In this document: positions 1 through 9,772 of the stretch, one piece after another | How positions within the stretch are numbered: the first letter of the stretch is position 1 | Layout of the letters: every line of letters begins with the position of its first letter | Made by a program: the position numbers and the translations under genes | The notes under the pieces: generated by a model | Database searches by the model: none | What the model was told of the DNA's origin: nothing | The model's input: the letters and a program-made list of their open reading frames with translations, nothing else | NCBI RefSeq assembly: GCF_032116555.1 | Contig: NZ_CP134949.1 | Location: 1,178,001 to 1,242,000 of the forward strand | From: Halorarum halobium | GTDB taxonomy: Archaea > Halobacteriota > Halobacteria > Halobacteriales > Haloferacaceae | Length of the DNA stretch: 64,000 bases | Reading direction: 5' to 3'

Positions 1-710
1 AGCTCCTCGGGCGAGCGGACCATCCGCGCGGTCGAGGTCGAGTCGCTGAACACCGTCTCGCCGTCCCGGAGGATCTCCATCGACATCACGAGGTCGGCGG
101 GATCGCCCACGGACGCCGGTGAGACGACGCACGGTCCGACCGAACAGCAGCGGTCGTAGATCTTCGCCTGCGGCAGGTACAGCGGGTTCTCGCCCTCGAT
201 GTCGCGGCTGCTGACGTCGTTACCGACGGTGTAGCCGACGATCTCGCCGTGGTGTAACACGACGGCGAGTTCGGGTTCGGGCGCGTTCCAGTCCGAGTCG
301 CCCCGAACGCCGACGGCCTCCCCGGGGCCGACGGTCCTGCTCGGGGTCGCCTTGAAGAAGATCTCGGGACGCTCGGCGTCGTAGACGTTCATGTAGATCT
401 CGGCCATCGAGCTCTCCTGTTCGCGCGCCTTCTCGCTGATCTCGTAGGTGACGCCCGCCGCCCAGACTTCGTCGGCCCGGACCGGACACAGCAGGTCGGA
501 CGCGAGGTCGCCCCGGGGGAGTTGCTCGGCTCCGGCGAGTCGGCGGCGCGCGATGTCGTCGACGGGCTCGCCGGCGAGGGAGGCGGCTCCCGCGAGGTCC
601 CGAAACCCGGTGAGTCCGGGGTGGGTCGACGTGAGATCATACACCCCGTCGCCGTCGTCGACGACGAGTCTCCGGACTGCCCCCTCAGCTGCGAGCTGGT
701 AGTACCGCAT
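1..710 (-). CDS. xacE: FAH-family 2-keto-3-deoxy-pentonate (KDX) dehydratase, XacE-like; runs off the left edge
   Basis: Not in ORF track. Manual translation from ATG at 710 gives MRYYQLAAEG...EVWAAGVTY...RPEIFFKATPSRTVGP...WNAPEPELA...GYTVGNDVSSRDIEGENPLYLPQAKIY, the KDX-dehydratase FAH subfamily motifs. TATA-like box at 732-737. Confidence 0.85.
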   Translation of the reverse strand, partial: MRYYQLAAEGAVRRLVVDDGDGVYDLTSTHPGLTGFRDLAGAASLAGEPVDDIARRRLAGAEQLPRGDLASDLLCPVRADEVWAAGVTYEISEKAREQESSMAEIYMNVYDAERPEIFFKATPSRTVGPGEAVGVRGDSDWNAPEPELAVVLHHGEIVGYTVGNDVSSRDIEGENPLYLPQAKIYDRCCSVGPCVVSPASVGDPADLVMSMEILRDGETVFSDSTSTARMVRSPEE

Positions 711-890
711 ACAGGAGACTCCAAGCAGTCGTATAAATAAATAGTGGTCAGTGGTCCGGCCGCTGTCAGGTACGGCCGGAACCGCTCGTGCCGGCAGCGA
801 CGCCGGCCTGACACGTGGATGGGGGTCCGACCGCCGAACTCGGGTCCGGCCACCGAAAGACCCAATATCGCGGGTGGGGCAGGTGATGGT

Positions 891-2342
891 ATGCCAGAAC
901 GTGACGGAAACTTCATCGACGGCGCGTGGACACAGGCGGAGTCGGGCGAGACGTTCGAGGTCGTGAACCCGGCACGGACCGACGAGGTCGTCTCGACGTT
1001 CCCGCTCTCGGACGAGTCGGACGCGGCGCGAGCGGTCGAGGCCGCCCGTGCGGCGGCCGACGACTGGGCGAACACGCCCGGCCCGGCCCGCGGGAAGATT
1101 CTCCGCGAGGCCGGGTCGCTGCTGGAGGACCGACGCGAGGACCTGGTTCAGTTGTTGACCCGCGAGGAGGGGAAGACCCACGACGAGGCGCGGCCGGAGG
1201 TGGTCCGGACCGTGGACATCTTCTACCACTACGCGGAGAAGGCGGCCGACTACGGCGGCACGGTCAAGGCCGCGAACTCGTCGCGGAAGACGCTCCACAC
1301 CCGGAAGGAGCCGCTCGGCGTCGCCGCGCTGATCACCCCCTGGAACTACCCCATCGCCATCCCGGCGTGGAAGCTCGCGCCCGCGCTCGCGGCCGGGAAC
1401 ACGGTCGTCATCAAGCCGGCCACCCAGGCACCGACGGTCGCGGCCGAAGTGGTCGGCGCGCTCGAGGAGGCGGGGCTCCCCGACGGCGTGGTGAACCTCG
1501 TCACCGGCCCGGGCAGCGCCGTCGGCGAGGCGTTCACGACCCACCCCGAGGTCGACGCGGTCTCGTTCACGGGGAGCGGCGTCGTCGGCACCGAGGTGTA
1601 CCGCGGCGCAACCGCCGAGGGCAAGCGCGCGCAGGCCGAGATGGGCGGGAAGAACCCGACCGTCGTGATGCCGAGCGCCGACCTCGACGAGGCGGTCTCC
1701 ATCGTGGGCGCCGGCGCGTTCGGCGTGACCGGCCAGGCGTGTACCGCCTGCTCGCGGGCCATCGTCCACGCCGACGTCTACGACGAGTTCGTCGCGGGCA
1801 TCGTCGACTACGCCGAGTCGCTCTCGGTCGGCGCGGGCGACGAGGGCAACGACATGGGGCCACAGATCAGCGAGGGCGAGCTGGAGGGGACCCTCGACTA
1901 CGTCGACGTGGCGAAGACGGAGGGCGCGACCCTGGCGACCGGCGGCGAGCGGCTCGAGGACGGCGAACACGCTGACGGCTTCTTCGTCGAGCCGACGGTG
2001 TTCGCCGACGTGGACAACGACAGCCGGCTCGCCCAGGAGGAGGTGTTCGGGCCGGTGCTCGCGGTGATCCGGGCCGAGGACTTCGAGGAGGCCGTGACCG
2101 CCGCGAACGACACCCGGTACGGGCTCTCGACCAGCATCGTCACCGACAGCCACGCCGAGGCGAACGAGTTCGTCGACCGCGCCGAGGCGGGCGTCGTCAA
2201 GGTGAACGAGAAGACGACCGGGCTGGAACTCCACGTCCCGTTCGGCGGGGTGAAGGAGTCCTCGACCAACACGTTCCGCGAACAGGGCGACGCGGGGCTC
2301 GACTTCTTCACCACGACGAAGACGGTGTACCGGAACTACTGA
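891..2342 (+). CDS. xacF: Aldehyde dehydrogenase, likely 2,5-dioxopentanoate (KGSA) dehydrogenase
   Basis: ALDH motifs ITPWNYP, FTGS, EMGGKNP, GQACTA, EEVFGPV. Divergent from the xacE-like gene. Start moved to the ATG at 891 after GGTGA. Confidence 0.8.
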   Translation: MPERDGNFIDGAWTQAESGETFEVVNPARTDEVVSTFPLSDESDAARAVEAARAAADDWANTPGPARGKILREAGSLLEDRREDLVQLLTREEGKTHDEARPEVVRTVDIFYHYAEKAADYGGTVKAANSSRKTLHTRKEPLGVAALITPWNYPIAIPAWKLAPALAAGNTVVIKPATQAPTVAAEVVGALEEAGLPDGVVNLVTGPGSAVGEAFTTHPEVDAVSFTGSGVVGTEVYRGATAEGKRAQAEMGGKNPTVVMPSADLDEAVSIVGAGAFGVTGQACTACSRAIVHADVYDEFVAGIVDYAESLSVGAGDEGNDMGPQISEGELEGTLDYVDVAKTEGATLATGGERLEDGEHADGFFVEPTVFADVDNDSRLAQEEVFGPVLAVIRAEDFEEAVTAANDTRYGLSTSIVTDSHAEANEFVDRAEAGVVKVNEKTTGLELHVPFGGVKESSTNTFREQGDAGLDFFTTTKTVYRNY

Positions 2343-2382
2343 CCGGCACCGAACCCTCCCGTTTCCGGCGATCCGTTGCCTA

Positions 2383-3459
2383 CTACTCCTTCCCGCTCCG
2401 TTCGGAGTCCAGCACGGCCAGCATCCCGTTGAGGTAGCCGACCGCGTGGGCCCGTCCCCTGTGTTCCCAGTCCGTGTCGCCCTCCACGTGGGGGACGTGA
2501 TCCGGGATGACGAGGCCGTCGAAGCCGACGTCCAGCAGCGCGCGCAACACCGCCACCGAGTCGTAGTTCCCCTCGTCGAGGAACGTCTCGTTGAACGACG
2601 GCACCGACCCCTCGACGTCCCGGAAGTGGACGTAGAACAGCTTATCCCGCTCGCCGAACTGCCGGATGACCTCGATCACGTCCTCGCCCATCTCCGACCA
2701 GCAGCCGAGACAGAACTCCAGCCCGTGGTTCGGGCTGTCGACGACGTTCATCGCGCGCTCGAACGCCTCGAAGCTCCGGAACAACTGTGGGACGCCGCCG
2801 AGCGATTCCACCGGCGGATCGTTGGGATGGAGACAGAGCCGCACGCCCGCCTCCTCGGCCACCGGGACGAGTTCGCGGACGAAGTACTCGTAGTTCTCCC
2901 AGAGTTCGGCCTCGGAGTACTCCCTGTCGTGGGTGAGTTCGTCGTCGACCGCCGCGAGGTCGAACCCGGTCGCGGTCGCGCCGCCCCTGACCGGGACGGT
3001 CGTGTTCCGCCAGACGCCCGAGGGCATCCAGTGGTAGCCGAACGTCGGGATGCCCGCGCGCCCCATGTTGCGGACGGTGCGCTTCATCGAGGCCAGTTGC
3101 TCCTCCTTGCCCGGCAGGCCCAGCATGAGCTTGTCGTAAAACGAGACGGGCACGTTCTCGATGGCGTTGAGCGTGAGCCCCTCGGCCTCGACGCGCTCGC
3201 GGAGCGCGACGAGTTCCGCCTCGGACCACTCGCCATCGTCGCCCAGCGGCGGCGTCTCGTCGTCGGGCAGGTGCGGATAGTCCGGCGAGTACTGGTACAT
3301 GTTGAGCAGGACGTCCGTGACGCCGAGTTGCCGGCAGAAGCGGAGTTTCTCCGGCGTCGGATTCATGAACTGTCCGAGCCCCACCCGCATCGGGGGTGAC
3401 GGCGACTCGGTCGTCGGTGACTCCGCGACGTCGCTGTCCGAACTGGTCGGTCGGCCCAT
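2383..3459 (-). CDS. uxuA: Mannonate dehydratase (UxuA family), paralog 1
   Basis: LWENYEYF...PVAEEAGVRLCLHPNDPP, FCLGC, YVHFRDV, PDHVP, AVGYLNG. Start at 3459 is uncertain; an internal ATG (MRVGLGQ) is possible. Confidence 0.85.
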   Translation of the reverse strand: MGRPTSSDSDVAESPTTESPSPPMRVGLGQFMNPTPEKLRFCRQLGVTDVLLNMYQYSPDYPHLPDDETPPLGDDGEWSEAELVALRERVEAEGLTLNAIENVPVSFYDKLMLGLPGKEEQLASMKRTVRNMGRAGIPTFGYHWMPSGVWRNTTVPVRGGATATGFDLAAVDDELTHDREYSEAELWENYEYFVRELVPVAEEAGVRLCLHPNDPPVESLGGVPQLFRSFEAFERAMNVVDSPNHGLEFCLGCWSEMGEDVIEVIRQFGERDKLFYVHFRDVEGSVPSFNETFLDEGNYDSVAVLRALLDVGFDGLVIPDHVPHVEGDTDWEHRGRAHAVGYLNGMLAVLDSERSGKE

Positions 3460-3590
3460 GCCCGTCCCTCGCCGCACGGGGGGATAACAGTTTCCGGCGG
3501 TCCGGGGCCGGTCCGCCGGCACATTCATAAGAAATATGACGTAATAGTTAACCCCCCGCGTTTCCACGCCATCAGTGTAGGGAAACTACA

Positions 3591-4025
3591 ATGGAGACAT
3601 TCGAATCCAACGACGAGCACATCTTCGTCCGACTCGACCCCGGCGACTACGCGCTGGAGTCCATCACGGAGGCATGCGCGAAACACGACGTCGACTCCGG
3701 CGTCGTCGTCTCGGGCATCGGCACGTTCCGCAACCTGAACATCCACTACGTCCCGACGACGGACTTCCCCTCGGAGAAGTCCGAGCGCAACACGTTCCTC
3801 GACCTCGACGGCGCGTGGGAGGTCGGCACCATCGACGGCGCGATCGCGGACGGCGACCCGCACCTCCACGTCATCGCCTACAACGGCGAGGAGACGCTGG
3901 CGGGCCACCTCGAGAACGAGTGTGAGGTTCACATCCTCAGCGAACTCGTCATCCGTCGAATCGACGGCCCCGCGCTGACCCGGCGGCCGAACGAGAAGAA
4001 CGTCGGCACCCTGCAGCGCCGGTAG
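3591..4025 (+). CDS. DUF296/PPC-domain putative metal-binding protein
   Basis: VRLDPGD...SGIG...PHLHV...AGHL pattern typical of DUF296. Confidence 0.8.
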   Translation: METFESNDEHIFVRLDPGDYALESITEACAKHDVDSGVVVSGIGTFRNLNIHYVPTTDFPSEKSERNTFLDLDGAWEVGTIDGAIADGDPHLHVIAYNGEETLAGHLENECEVHILSELVIRRIDGPALTRRPNEKNVGTLQRR

Positions 4026-4056
4026 GGCCGACGAACCAACTGTCCCACTTTCACTC

Positions 4057-4821
4057 ATGCCCGAGTATCCAAAGGTAACAGTCGACGGCAAGACCGCCGT
4101 GGTCATCGGCGGAACGAGCGGCATCGGCGAGGCCATCGCGCTCGCGTTCGCGGAGGACGGGGCCGACGTGGTGGCGACGAGCAGGCGGGCCGACGCGGTG
4201 GCCGACACCGCCGAGCGGGTCCGGGACCACGGCGCGCGGACCGTCGAGACGACGTGTGACGTGACCGACCGCGACTCCATCGAGGCGATGCGCGACGCGG
4301 TCCTCGAGGAGTTCGGTTCGGTGGACGTGCTCGTCAACTCGGCGGGCGTCGCGGCCCGGACCGAGTTCCTCGACCTCACCGTCGAGGACTGGAACAGGGT
4401 CATCGACGTCGACCTCAACGGGACGTTCCACGCCTGCCAGTTGTTCGGCCGCGTGATGGATGAGGGGAGCATCATCAACGTCTCCTCGATGTCGGCGGAC
4501 CTCGCGCGCGAACGGCTACTGCCGTACTGTGCGGCCAAGTCCGGCGTGAACGCGCTCACGCGCTGTGCCTCGCGGGAACTGGCGCCGGACGTCCGCGTGA
4601 ACGCCATCGCGCCCGGCTTCGTGATGACGCCGCTCACCGAGGAGGAGTACAGCGAGGGCTCGGAACTCCGGCGCGGCATCGACGAGCGCGCGGTGCTCGG
4701 CCGCGTCGCCGAGCGGGAGGAGATCACCGGCACCGCCGTCTACCTGGCTTCGGACGCGTCGAGCTACACGACCGGGGAGGTGCTGTTCGTCGACGGCGGC
4801 TTCACCAGGAACGCGCTCTGA
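4057..4821 (+). CDS. SDR family NAD(P)-dependent oxidoreductase
   Basis: GGTSGIG, NSAG, YCAAK (YxxxK), VNAIAPG, VDGG. Confidence 0.9.
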   Translation: MPEYPKVTVDGKTAVVIGGTSGIGEAIALAFAEDGADVVATSRRADAVADTAERVRDHGARTVETTCDVTDRDSIEAMRDAVLEEFGSVDVLVNSAGVAARTEFLDLTVEDWNRVIDVDLNGTFHACQLFGRVMDEGSIINVSSMSADLARERLLPYCAAKSGVNALTRCASRELAPDVRVNAIAPGFVMTPLTEEEYSEGSELRRGIDERAVLGRVAEREEITGTAVYLASDASSYTTGEVLFVDGGFTRNAL

Positions 4822-4997
4822 TCGGCGCCGGGACCGCGACCCGGACCGCCGGTCGGCGTGACCATCGAGCCGGGAACGACCACGATTACTCCCTCCGAAT
4901 TTCGGCGTCAGAGCCCTCACGACGCCGATTCCCTCCAAACACGATGAATATTACAGATAGATATATATGGGGTGGTGGTCAACGGAGAATCGGAGCT

Positions 4998-6503
4998 ATG
5001 GCACGAGGTAGCAATCCGAACGGTAGTGGTAGAGCCATGCGTCGTCGCAGATTCCTGGCGGGTGCGGGGGCGACGGGCGTCGCGCTGACCGCCGGCTGTG
5101 CCGGCGACGGCGGGAACGGCGGCGACGGAACACCGACCGACTCGTCCGACGGGGGCGGCGGCAACGGAACGACGATGGGCGACTCGAACGGGAACCGCTG
5201 GGACGGCGTCACCGTCGTCTACTGGAACCGGTTCCACAACAACTCCGGCCAGGCGGCCGAGGCCATCAGAGGCGCGATCAGCAGCTTCGAGGAGGAGACC
5301 GGCGCGACCGTCGAGGTCGACTACTCCTCGGGCGAACCGGGCCAGCGGTGGCTCACCCTGGCGCGCGAGGGGGAGCGGCCCCACATCATGGACCAGGTGT
5401 CCGGGCAGGTCGGCCCGTTCGCGGAACTCGGCATCGCCAAGCCGTTCAGCGAGTACAGTCACCTGTTTAGCGACGAGCTGATCGAGCACACGTCGTGGTT
5501 CATGGACGTCCTGGGCGAACAGGCGTACGCCGGGTTCGGCGGGCAGGCCTACGAGTTCAAGTTCAGCAGCGAGTCCGCGCGGCTGTTTCTCGCCCGACGC
5601 GACCACCTGGAGGCGGCCGGGCTCAGCCCGGAGGACGACTTCCCGCCGACCGACTTCGAACACAGCGTCGAGATCGCCCAGACCATGCAGGAGGACGGTC
5701 CGGGCAACTACGGCTGGCAGATCTACGGGTCGAGCGGCGACGTGACCGACACGTGTACCGAGGACTGGCCGGTCGCCCAGGCGGGACAGGCCGGTAAGAT
5801 CCTGAACGAGGACTGGTCGGACACCCAGATCGACGACGAGCCGATCAAGCAGACGTACGAGAACTTCGTCTCCCTGCACACCGAGTATGAACTCTCGAGC
5901 CCGGGGACGGTGTCCCAGTCCGACGAGGACGGCACGCAGTTGCTCATTCAGGGCGAGGCGAGCATGACACAGGTCCCGTCCGCGACGTACGCGGACCTGC
6001 TCGCCAACGCGGAGGACCAGGTCATGGACGGCAACTTCGTCTTCGGCGCGCCGTGGAAGGGCGAGTCGGGTGCGCGGGGCATCATCGGCGGCGACGGCGT
6101 CGTCTTCGTGAACCCGCCGGACGGCGCGGACCAGAACGAGTGGGACGAGGCACAGGAGGCCGCGGCGGACCTCCTCGAGAACTACCTCTACCACTCGGTG
6201 GACTTCCAGCGGCGGATGTTCAGCACCATCGGCGGCGGCCCGCTCCGCGACGACGTCTCCACGGAGGACATCATGGGCGCGGTCGACGACCCGACCGGGT
6301 ACGAACAGACGAACATCATCGAGGCGTCCGAGCTGGGGACGTTCGACCAGGAGGACTACTACCTGCAGGAGGCCGCGCCGTTCTTCGGCCAGATCCAGCA
6401 GGGGATCATGCCCGGCTACATCCAGCAGGCGCTGCAGGGACAGATCACCGCGCGGGACGCGCTGGACCAGGCCGCCGAGGAGGCGCGCGCCCAGTTCTTC
6501 TGA
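4998..6503 (+). CDS. Carbohydrate ABC transporter substrate-binding lipoprotein (Tat)
   Basis: Tat motif RRRRFL, lipobox LTAGC, acidic SBP body, followed by two permeases and an ATPase. Confidence 0.88.
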   Translation: MARGSNPNGSGRAMRRRRFLAGAGATGVALTAGCAGDGGNGGDGTPTDSSDGGGGNGTTMGDSNGNRWDGVTVVYWNRFHNNSGQAAEAIRGAISSFEEETGATVEVDYSSGEPGQRWLTLAREGERPHIMDQVSGQVGPFAELGIAKPFSEYSHLFSDELIEHTSWFMDVLGEQAYAGFGGQAYEFKFSSESARLFLARRDHLEAAGLSPEDDFPPTDFEHSVEIAQTMQEDGPGNYGWQIYGSSGDVTDTCTEDWPVAQAGQAGKILNEDWSDTQIDDEPIKQTYENFVSLHTEYELSSPGTVSQSDEDGTQLLIQGEASMTQVPSATYADLLANAEDQVMDGNFVFGAPWKGESGARGIIGGDGVVFVNPPDGADQNEWDEAQEAAADLLENYLYHSVDFQRRMFSTIGGGPLRDDVSTEDIMGAVDDPTGYEQTNIIEASELGTFDQEDYYLQEAAPFFGQIQQGIMPGYIQQALQGQITARDALDQAAEEARAQFF

Positions 6504-6563
6504 CCTGCGACGGCTCAGGGGGAAACAGTTATTCCCCTCCGATTTCTCCTTCTTCATATCGCC

Positions 6564-7499
6564 ATGCTAGGTGTGACCACTAACCTGTCGGTTTTCCGGC
6601 AGCGTGCAATCAACGCGAAGCAAGTCCTGCGGCGGGACTGGCTCACGTACAGCATGCTGCTCCCGGTGCTCGTCATCATGGGCACGCTCGTCTGGGGATC
6701 GCTGCTCGACGGCATCTGGATGAGCTTCCACGAGTTCGACTTCCTCGGGCGGCGCGTCTGGGTCGGCCTCGACAACTACGCGTACGTCCTGGGCTGGGAC
6801 ACGTTCTGGACGTCGCTGAAGGCGACGATCATCTTCGGCACCGTCACGTTCTCCCAGCTGCTCATCGCGCTGATCGCCGCCGTCGCCGTCAAGCACGCGC
6901 GGTTCCGTGATTACCTGAGCGCACTGTTCGTGATACCGTACACGATTCCGGGACTGGTCTCCGGGACGATGTGGGTGTTCATCCTCCACCCCGACCTGGG
7001 ACCGATCTTCCCGCTCCTGGTCGATTACGGGATCATCAACGAGACGATCTATTGGGGGACGAGCGGCGACACGGCGATGGCCGTCATCATGTTCGCGGCG
7101 ACGTGGGCGTACTGGCCCCTCGCGTTCATCATCCTCACGGCCTCGCTCGACGGGATTCCCGAGGAACACTACGAGACCGCGCGGGTGTACGGCGCGAGCA
7201 AGGTGCAGGCGTTCTTCCACATCACGCTGCCCCAGATGAAGGGTGCCATCCTCATCGCGGTCAGCCTGCGGACCATCTACAACCTCACGAAGGTGAGCCA
7301 GCCGCTCCAGATCACCGGCGGCGGTCCGGGGTTCGACACGTCCGTGCTCGGCATCCTCGTCTACCGGTTCACCGAGGGGTCCCAGCGCTTCGGGCTCGCG
7401 ATGACGGTGGGCGTGATCCTCGTCATCGTCACGATGATGTTCGTGATCCCCTACATCCGCTCGTTCGAGCGTGACACCAACACGGGTGGTGTGGCATGA
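6564..7499 (+). CDS. Carbohydrate ABC transporter permease
   Basis: Multiple TM segments, GLDNY, EAA-like loop YETARVYGAS. Confidence 0.9.
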   Translation: MLGVTTNLSVFRQRAINAKQVLRRDWLTYSMLLPVLVIMGTLVWGSLLDGIWMSFHEFDFLGRRVWVGLDNYAYVLGWDTFWTSLKATIIFGTVTFSQLLIALIAAVAVKHARFRDYLSALFVIPYTIPGLVSGTMWVFILHPDLGPIFPLLVDYGIINETIYWGTSGDTAMAVIMFAATWAYWPLAFIILTASLDGIPEEHYETARVYGASKVQAFFHITLPQMKGAILIAVSLRTIYNLTKVSQPLQITGGGPGFDTSVLGILVYRFTEGSQRFGLAMTVGVILVIVTMMFVIPYIRSFERDTNTGGVA

Positions 7500-8353
7500 G
7501 GCTGAGCGTCGACACGCTGACCGGCGCACGGTTCGACCTCGAGGACCTCGTCTTCAGGTCCTCAGTGTACCTGGTCATCGCCGGGCTGGCCGCGCTCGTG
7601 CTCATCCCCCTGGTCATCGTCGTCGCCGTGGCGTTCACGCCGTCGAGCGAACTGTTCGAGAACCCGGCGGTCTGGTTGCCGTCCGAGCCGACGACCCAGT
7701 ACTGGAGCGAGGGGTTCGTCGAACTCCAGGAGGGGCTGATCCACAGCTTCGTCATCTCCGTCGGGACCGCCGTCATCGCGCTGTTCGTGACGATCCCGGG
7801 CGCGTACGTGTTCGGTCGCAAGGAGTTCTTCGGCAAGCGCTTCGTCTTCTACGCGATCATCCTCTCGCTGCTGTTCCCCTCGATCGTGCTCGTCGTGCCG
7901 GTGACGGCACGGTGGCTCGAGTGGGGGCTGTACAACTCCTACCACGGGCTCTGGATCGCGTTCCAGATCTTCATCACCCCCTTCGCCATCTGGATCCTCC
8001 GGGACTACTTCAGCAAGCTCCCGGAGAACCTTGAGGAGGCCGCACAGGTGTACGGCTGCACCGAGTTCGGCGCGTTCGTGCGCGTCATCCTCCCCATCGC
8101 GCGCCCGGCGCTCATCGCGGTCGGGTTCCTGGCGTTTCTGAACGGCTGGAACGAGTTCCTGTTCGCCAACCTGCTCACGACGAGCAGCGGGGTCCAGCCC
8201 GCCATCGTCGTGCTCTACTCGACGCTCCACGGCGGGCAGGGCGAGAGCATCGCCTGGGGCATCCTGATGGCCGAGGCCATCATCATCGGCACGCCGCCCG
8301 CGGTCCTCTACTTCGTCGCCCAGCGCGGGCTCAGGGGGACGTTCGGCGCGTAG
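7496..8353 (+). CDS. Carbohydrate ABC transporter permease
   Basis: EAA motif LEEAAQVYG, WNEFL. ATGA overlap with the upstream permease. Confidence 0.9.
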   Translation: MRLSVDTLTGARFDLEDLVFRSSVYLVIAGLAALVLIPLVIVVAVAFTPSSELFENPAVWLPSEPTTQYWSEGFVELQEGLIHSFVISVGTAVIALFVTIPGAYVFGRKEFFGKRFVFYAIILSLLFPSIVLVVPVTARWLEWGLYNSYHGLWIAFQIFITPFAIWILRDYFSKLPENLEEAAQVYGCTEFGAFVRVILPIARPALIAVGFLAFLNGWNEFLFANLLTTSSGVQPAIVVLYSTLHGGQGESIAWGILMAEAIIIGTPPAVLYFVAQRGLRGTFGA

Positions 8354-8534
8354 TCGCTCCCGACTTCCCCGGCCGGCACGACCCTCCCGCGGTTTTCCAC
8401 GACCACGTCACGAGTCGACGAGTGGCCCGACTCCGCGAGGTCTCGCTCACGACTCGACGGGGCTCGCCACTCCGATCCGGTCATGCAAAGAGTTAACAGT
8501 CCCCGATTAGTCTCTCCATCAAGGTAGTACGGAG

Positions 8535-9680
8535 ATGAGCGAGGCCACAACTGACGGACGGCGACCCGAAGCGAAGCGAGAGCCAGACCGGTCAGCGGAG
8601 CCGGTCATCAGCATCAGAGACCTCAGAAAGACGTTCGACGGGGGCGAGATCATCGCCTGTGAGGACATCGAGCTCGACATCTACCGGGAGGACTTCGTGG
8701 TCCTCCTCGGCCCCTCGGGCTGCGGGAAGACGACGACGCTGCGGTGTATCTCCGGGCTGGAGATTCCCGACGGCGGCCAGCTTCTCATCGACGGCGTGGA
8801 CATGACCGGCGTCAAGCCGAAGGACCGAAACCTGGCGTTCGTGTTCCAGAGCATCGCGCTGTTCCCACACAAGGACGTCCGGGGGAACCTCCGGTTCGGG
8901 CTCGACATGTCGACGGACCTCTCGAAGGCGGAGAAGAACGAGCGCGTCGAGGAGATCGCCGCGATGCTCGGCATCGAGGATAAGCTCGACCGGAAGCCGG
9001 CGGACCTCTCGGGCGGCCAGCAACAGCGCGTGAGCCTCGGGCGCGCGATGGTGATGGAGCCGGCGGCGTTCCTGCTCGACGAGCCGTTCTCCGCGCTCGA
9101 CGCCAACCTCCGCAAGCACATGCAGACCGAAGTGAAGGAGCTCCAGCGCCGGCTGGAGACGCCGATGGTGTTCGTCACCCACGACCAGGAGGAGGCGATG
9201 GCCATCGGGGACAAGATCGTCATCATGGACGACGGGCTCATCCAGCAGGTCGGGACGCCCTACGAGGTGTTCAACGAGCCGACGAACCGGTTCGTCGCCG
9301 ACTTCATCGGCTCGCCTTCGGTCAACATGTTCGAGAGCGAACTCGTCCGGACGGACGAGGGGCTGACCCTCAGCAACGACCTGTTCACGCTCCCCGTCGA
9401 AGACGAGGTCGGCGGCACGGCGGAACCTGGCGCGGTCACCTTCGGCGTCCGCCCCCAGTACGTCCACGTCGCGGAGGAGGGCGAGGGTCTGTTCACCGGC
9501 GACGTGACGCTCGTCGAACCCCAGGGCGACCGCGACACGGTGTACTTCGACGTGGACGGGCGGGAGGTGCGAGCGGTCGTCCCGCAGAACTCCGTGAGCG
9601 CCGGCCGAACCGACGTCGCCCTCGACGTCGACCGGGACAAGTTCTGGGTGTTCGACGCGGAGGGAGACCGGCTGTTCTGA
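8535..9680 (+). CDS. Sugar ABC transporter ATP-binding protein (MalK/UgpC-like)
   Basis: Walker A GPSGCGKT, LSGGQQQR, LLDEP, VTHDQEEA, C-terminal TOBE-like region. Confidence 0.93.
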   Translation: MSEATTDGRRPEAKREPDRSAEPVISIRDLRKTFDGGEIIACEDIELDIYREDFVVLLGPSGCGKTTTLRCISGLEIPDGGQLLIDGVDMTGVKPKDRNLAFVFQSIALFPHKDVRGNLRFGLDMSTDLSKAEKNERVEEIAAMLGIEDKLDRKPADLSGGQQQRVSLGRAMVMEPAAFLLDEPFSALDANLRKHMQTEVKELQRRLETPMVFVTHDQEEAMAIGDKIVIMDDGLIQQVGTPYEVFNEPTNRFVADFIGSPSVNMFESELVRTDEGLTLSNDLFTLPVEDEVGGTAEPGAVTFGVRPQYVHVAEEGEGLFTGDVTLVEPQGDRDTVYFDVDGREVRAVVPQNSVSAGRTDVALDVDRDKFWVFDAEGDRLF

Positions 9681-9772
9681 ACGCGGCGGGCGACCGATTC
9701 GTTCGGGGGACGTTCCGCCGGTGGGAAAGTATAAACCAGCACTCGCCCTCTACGACGACGGAGGACGGAACC

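Noticed and set aside
4917..6557. Long antisense and alternate-frame ORFs (e.g. 4917-6557, 25097-27556, 31131-32681, 45468-47273, 52055-53974, 57305-58765)
   Set aside because: These are shadow ORFs of real high-GC genes. They are Arg/Gly/Val-rich, lack motifs, and have non-halophilic composition.
3480..8500. Recurring AACAGT hexamer in sugar-cluster intergenic regions (~3485, ~6524, ~8495)
   Set aside because: Too short and inconsistently positioned to call a regulon motif by eye.
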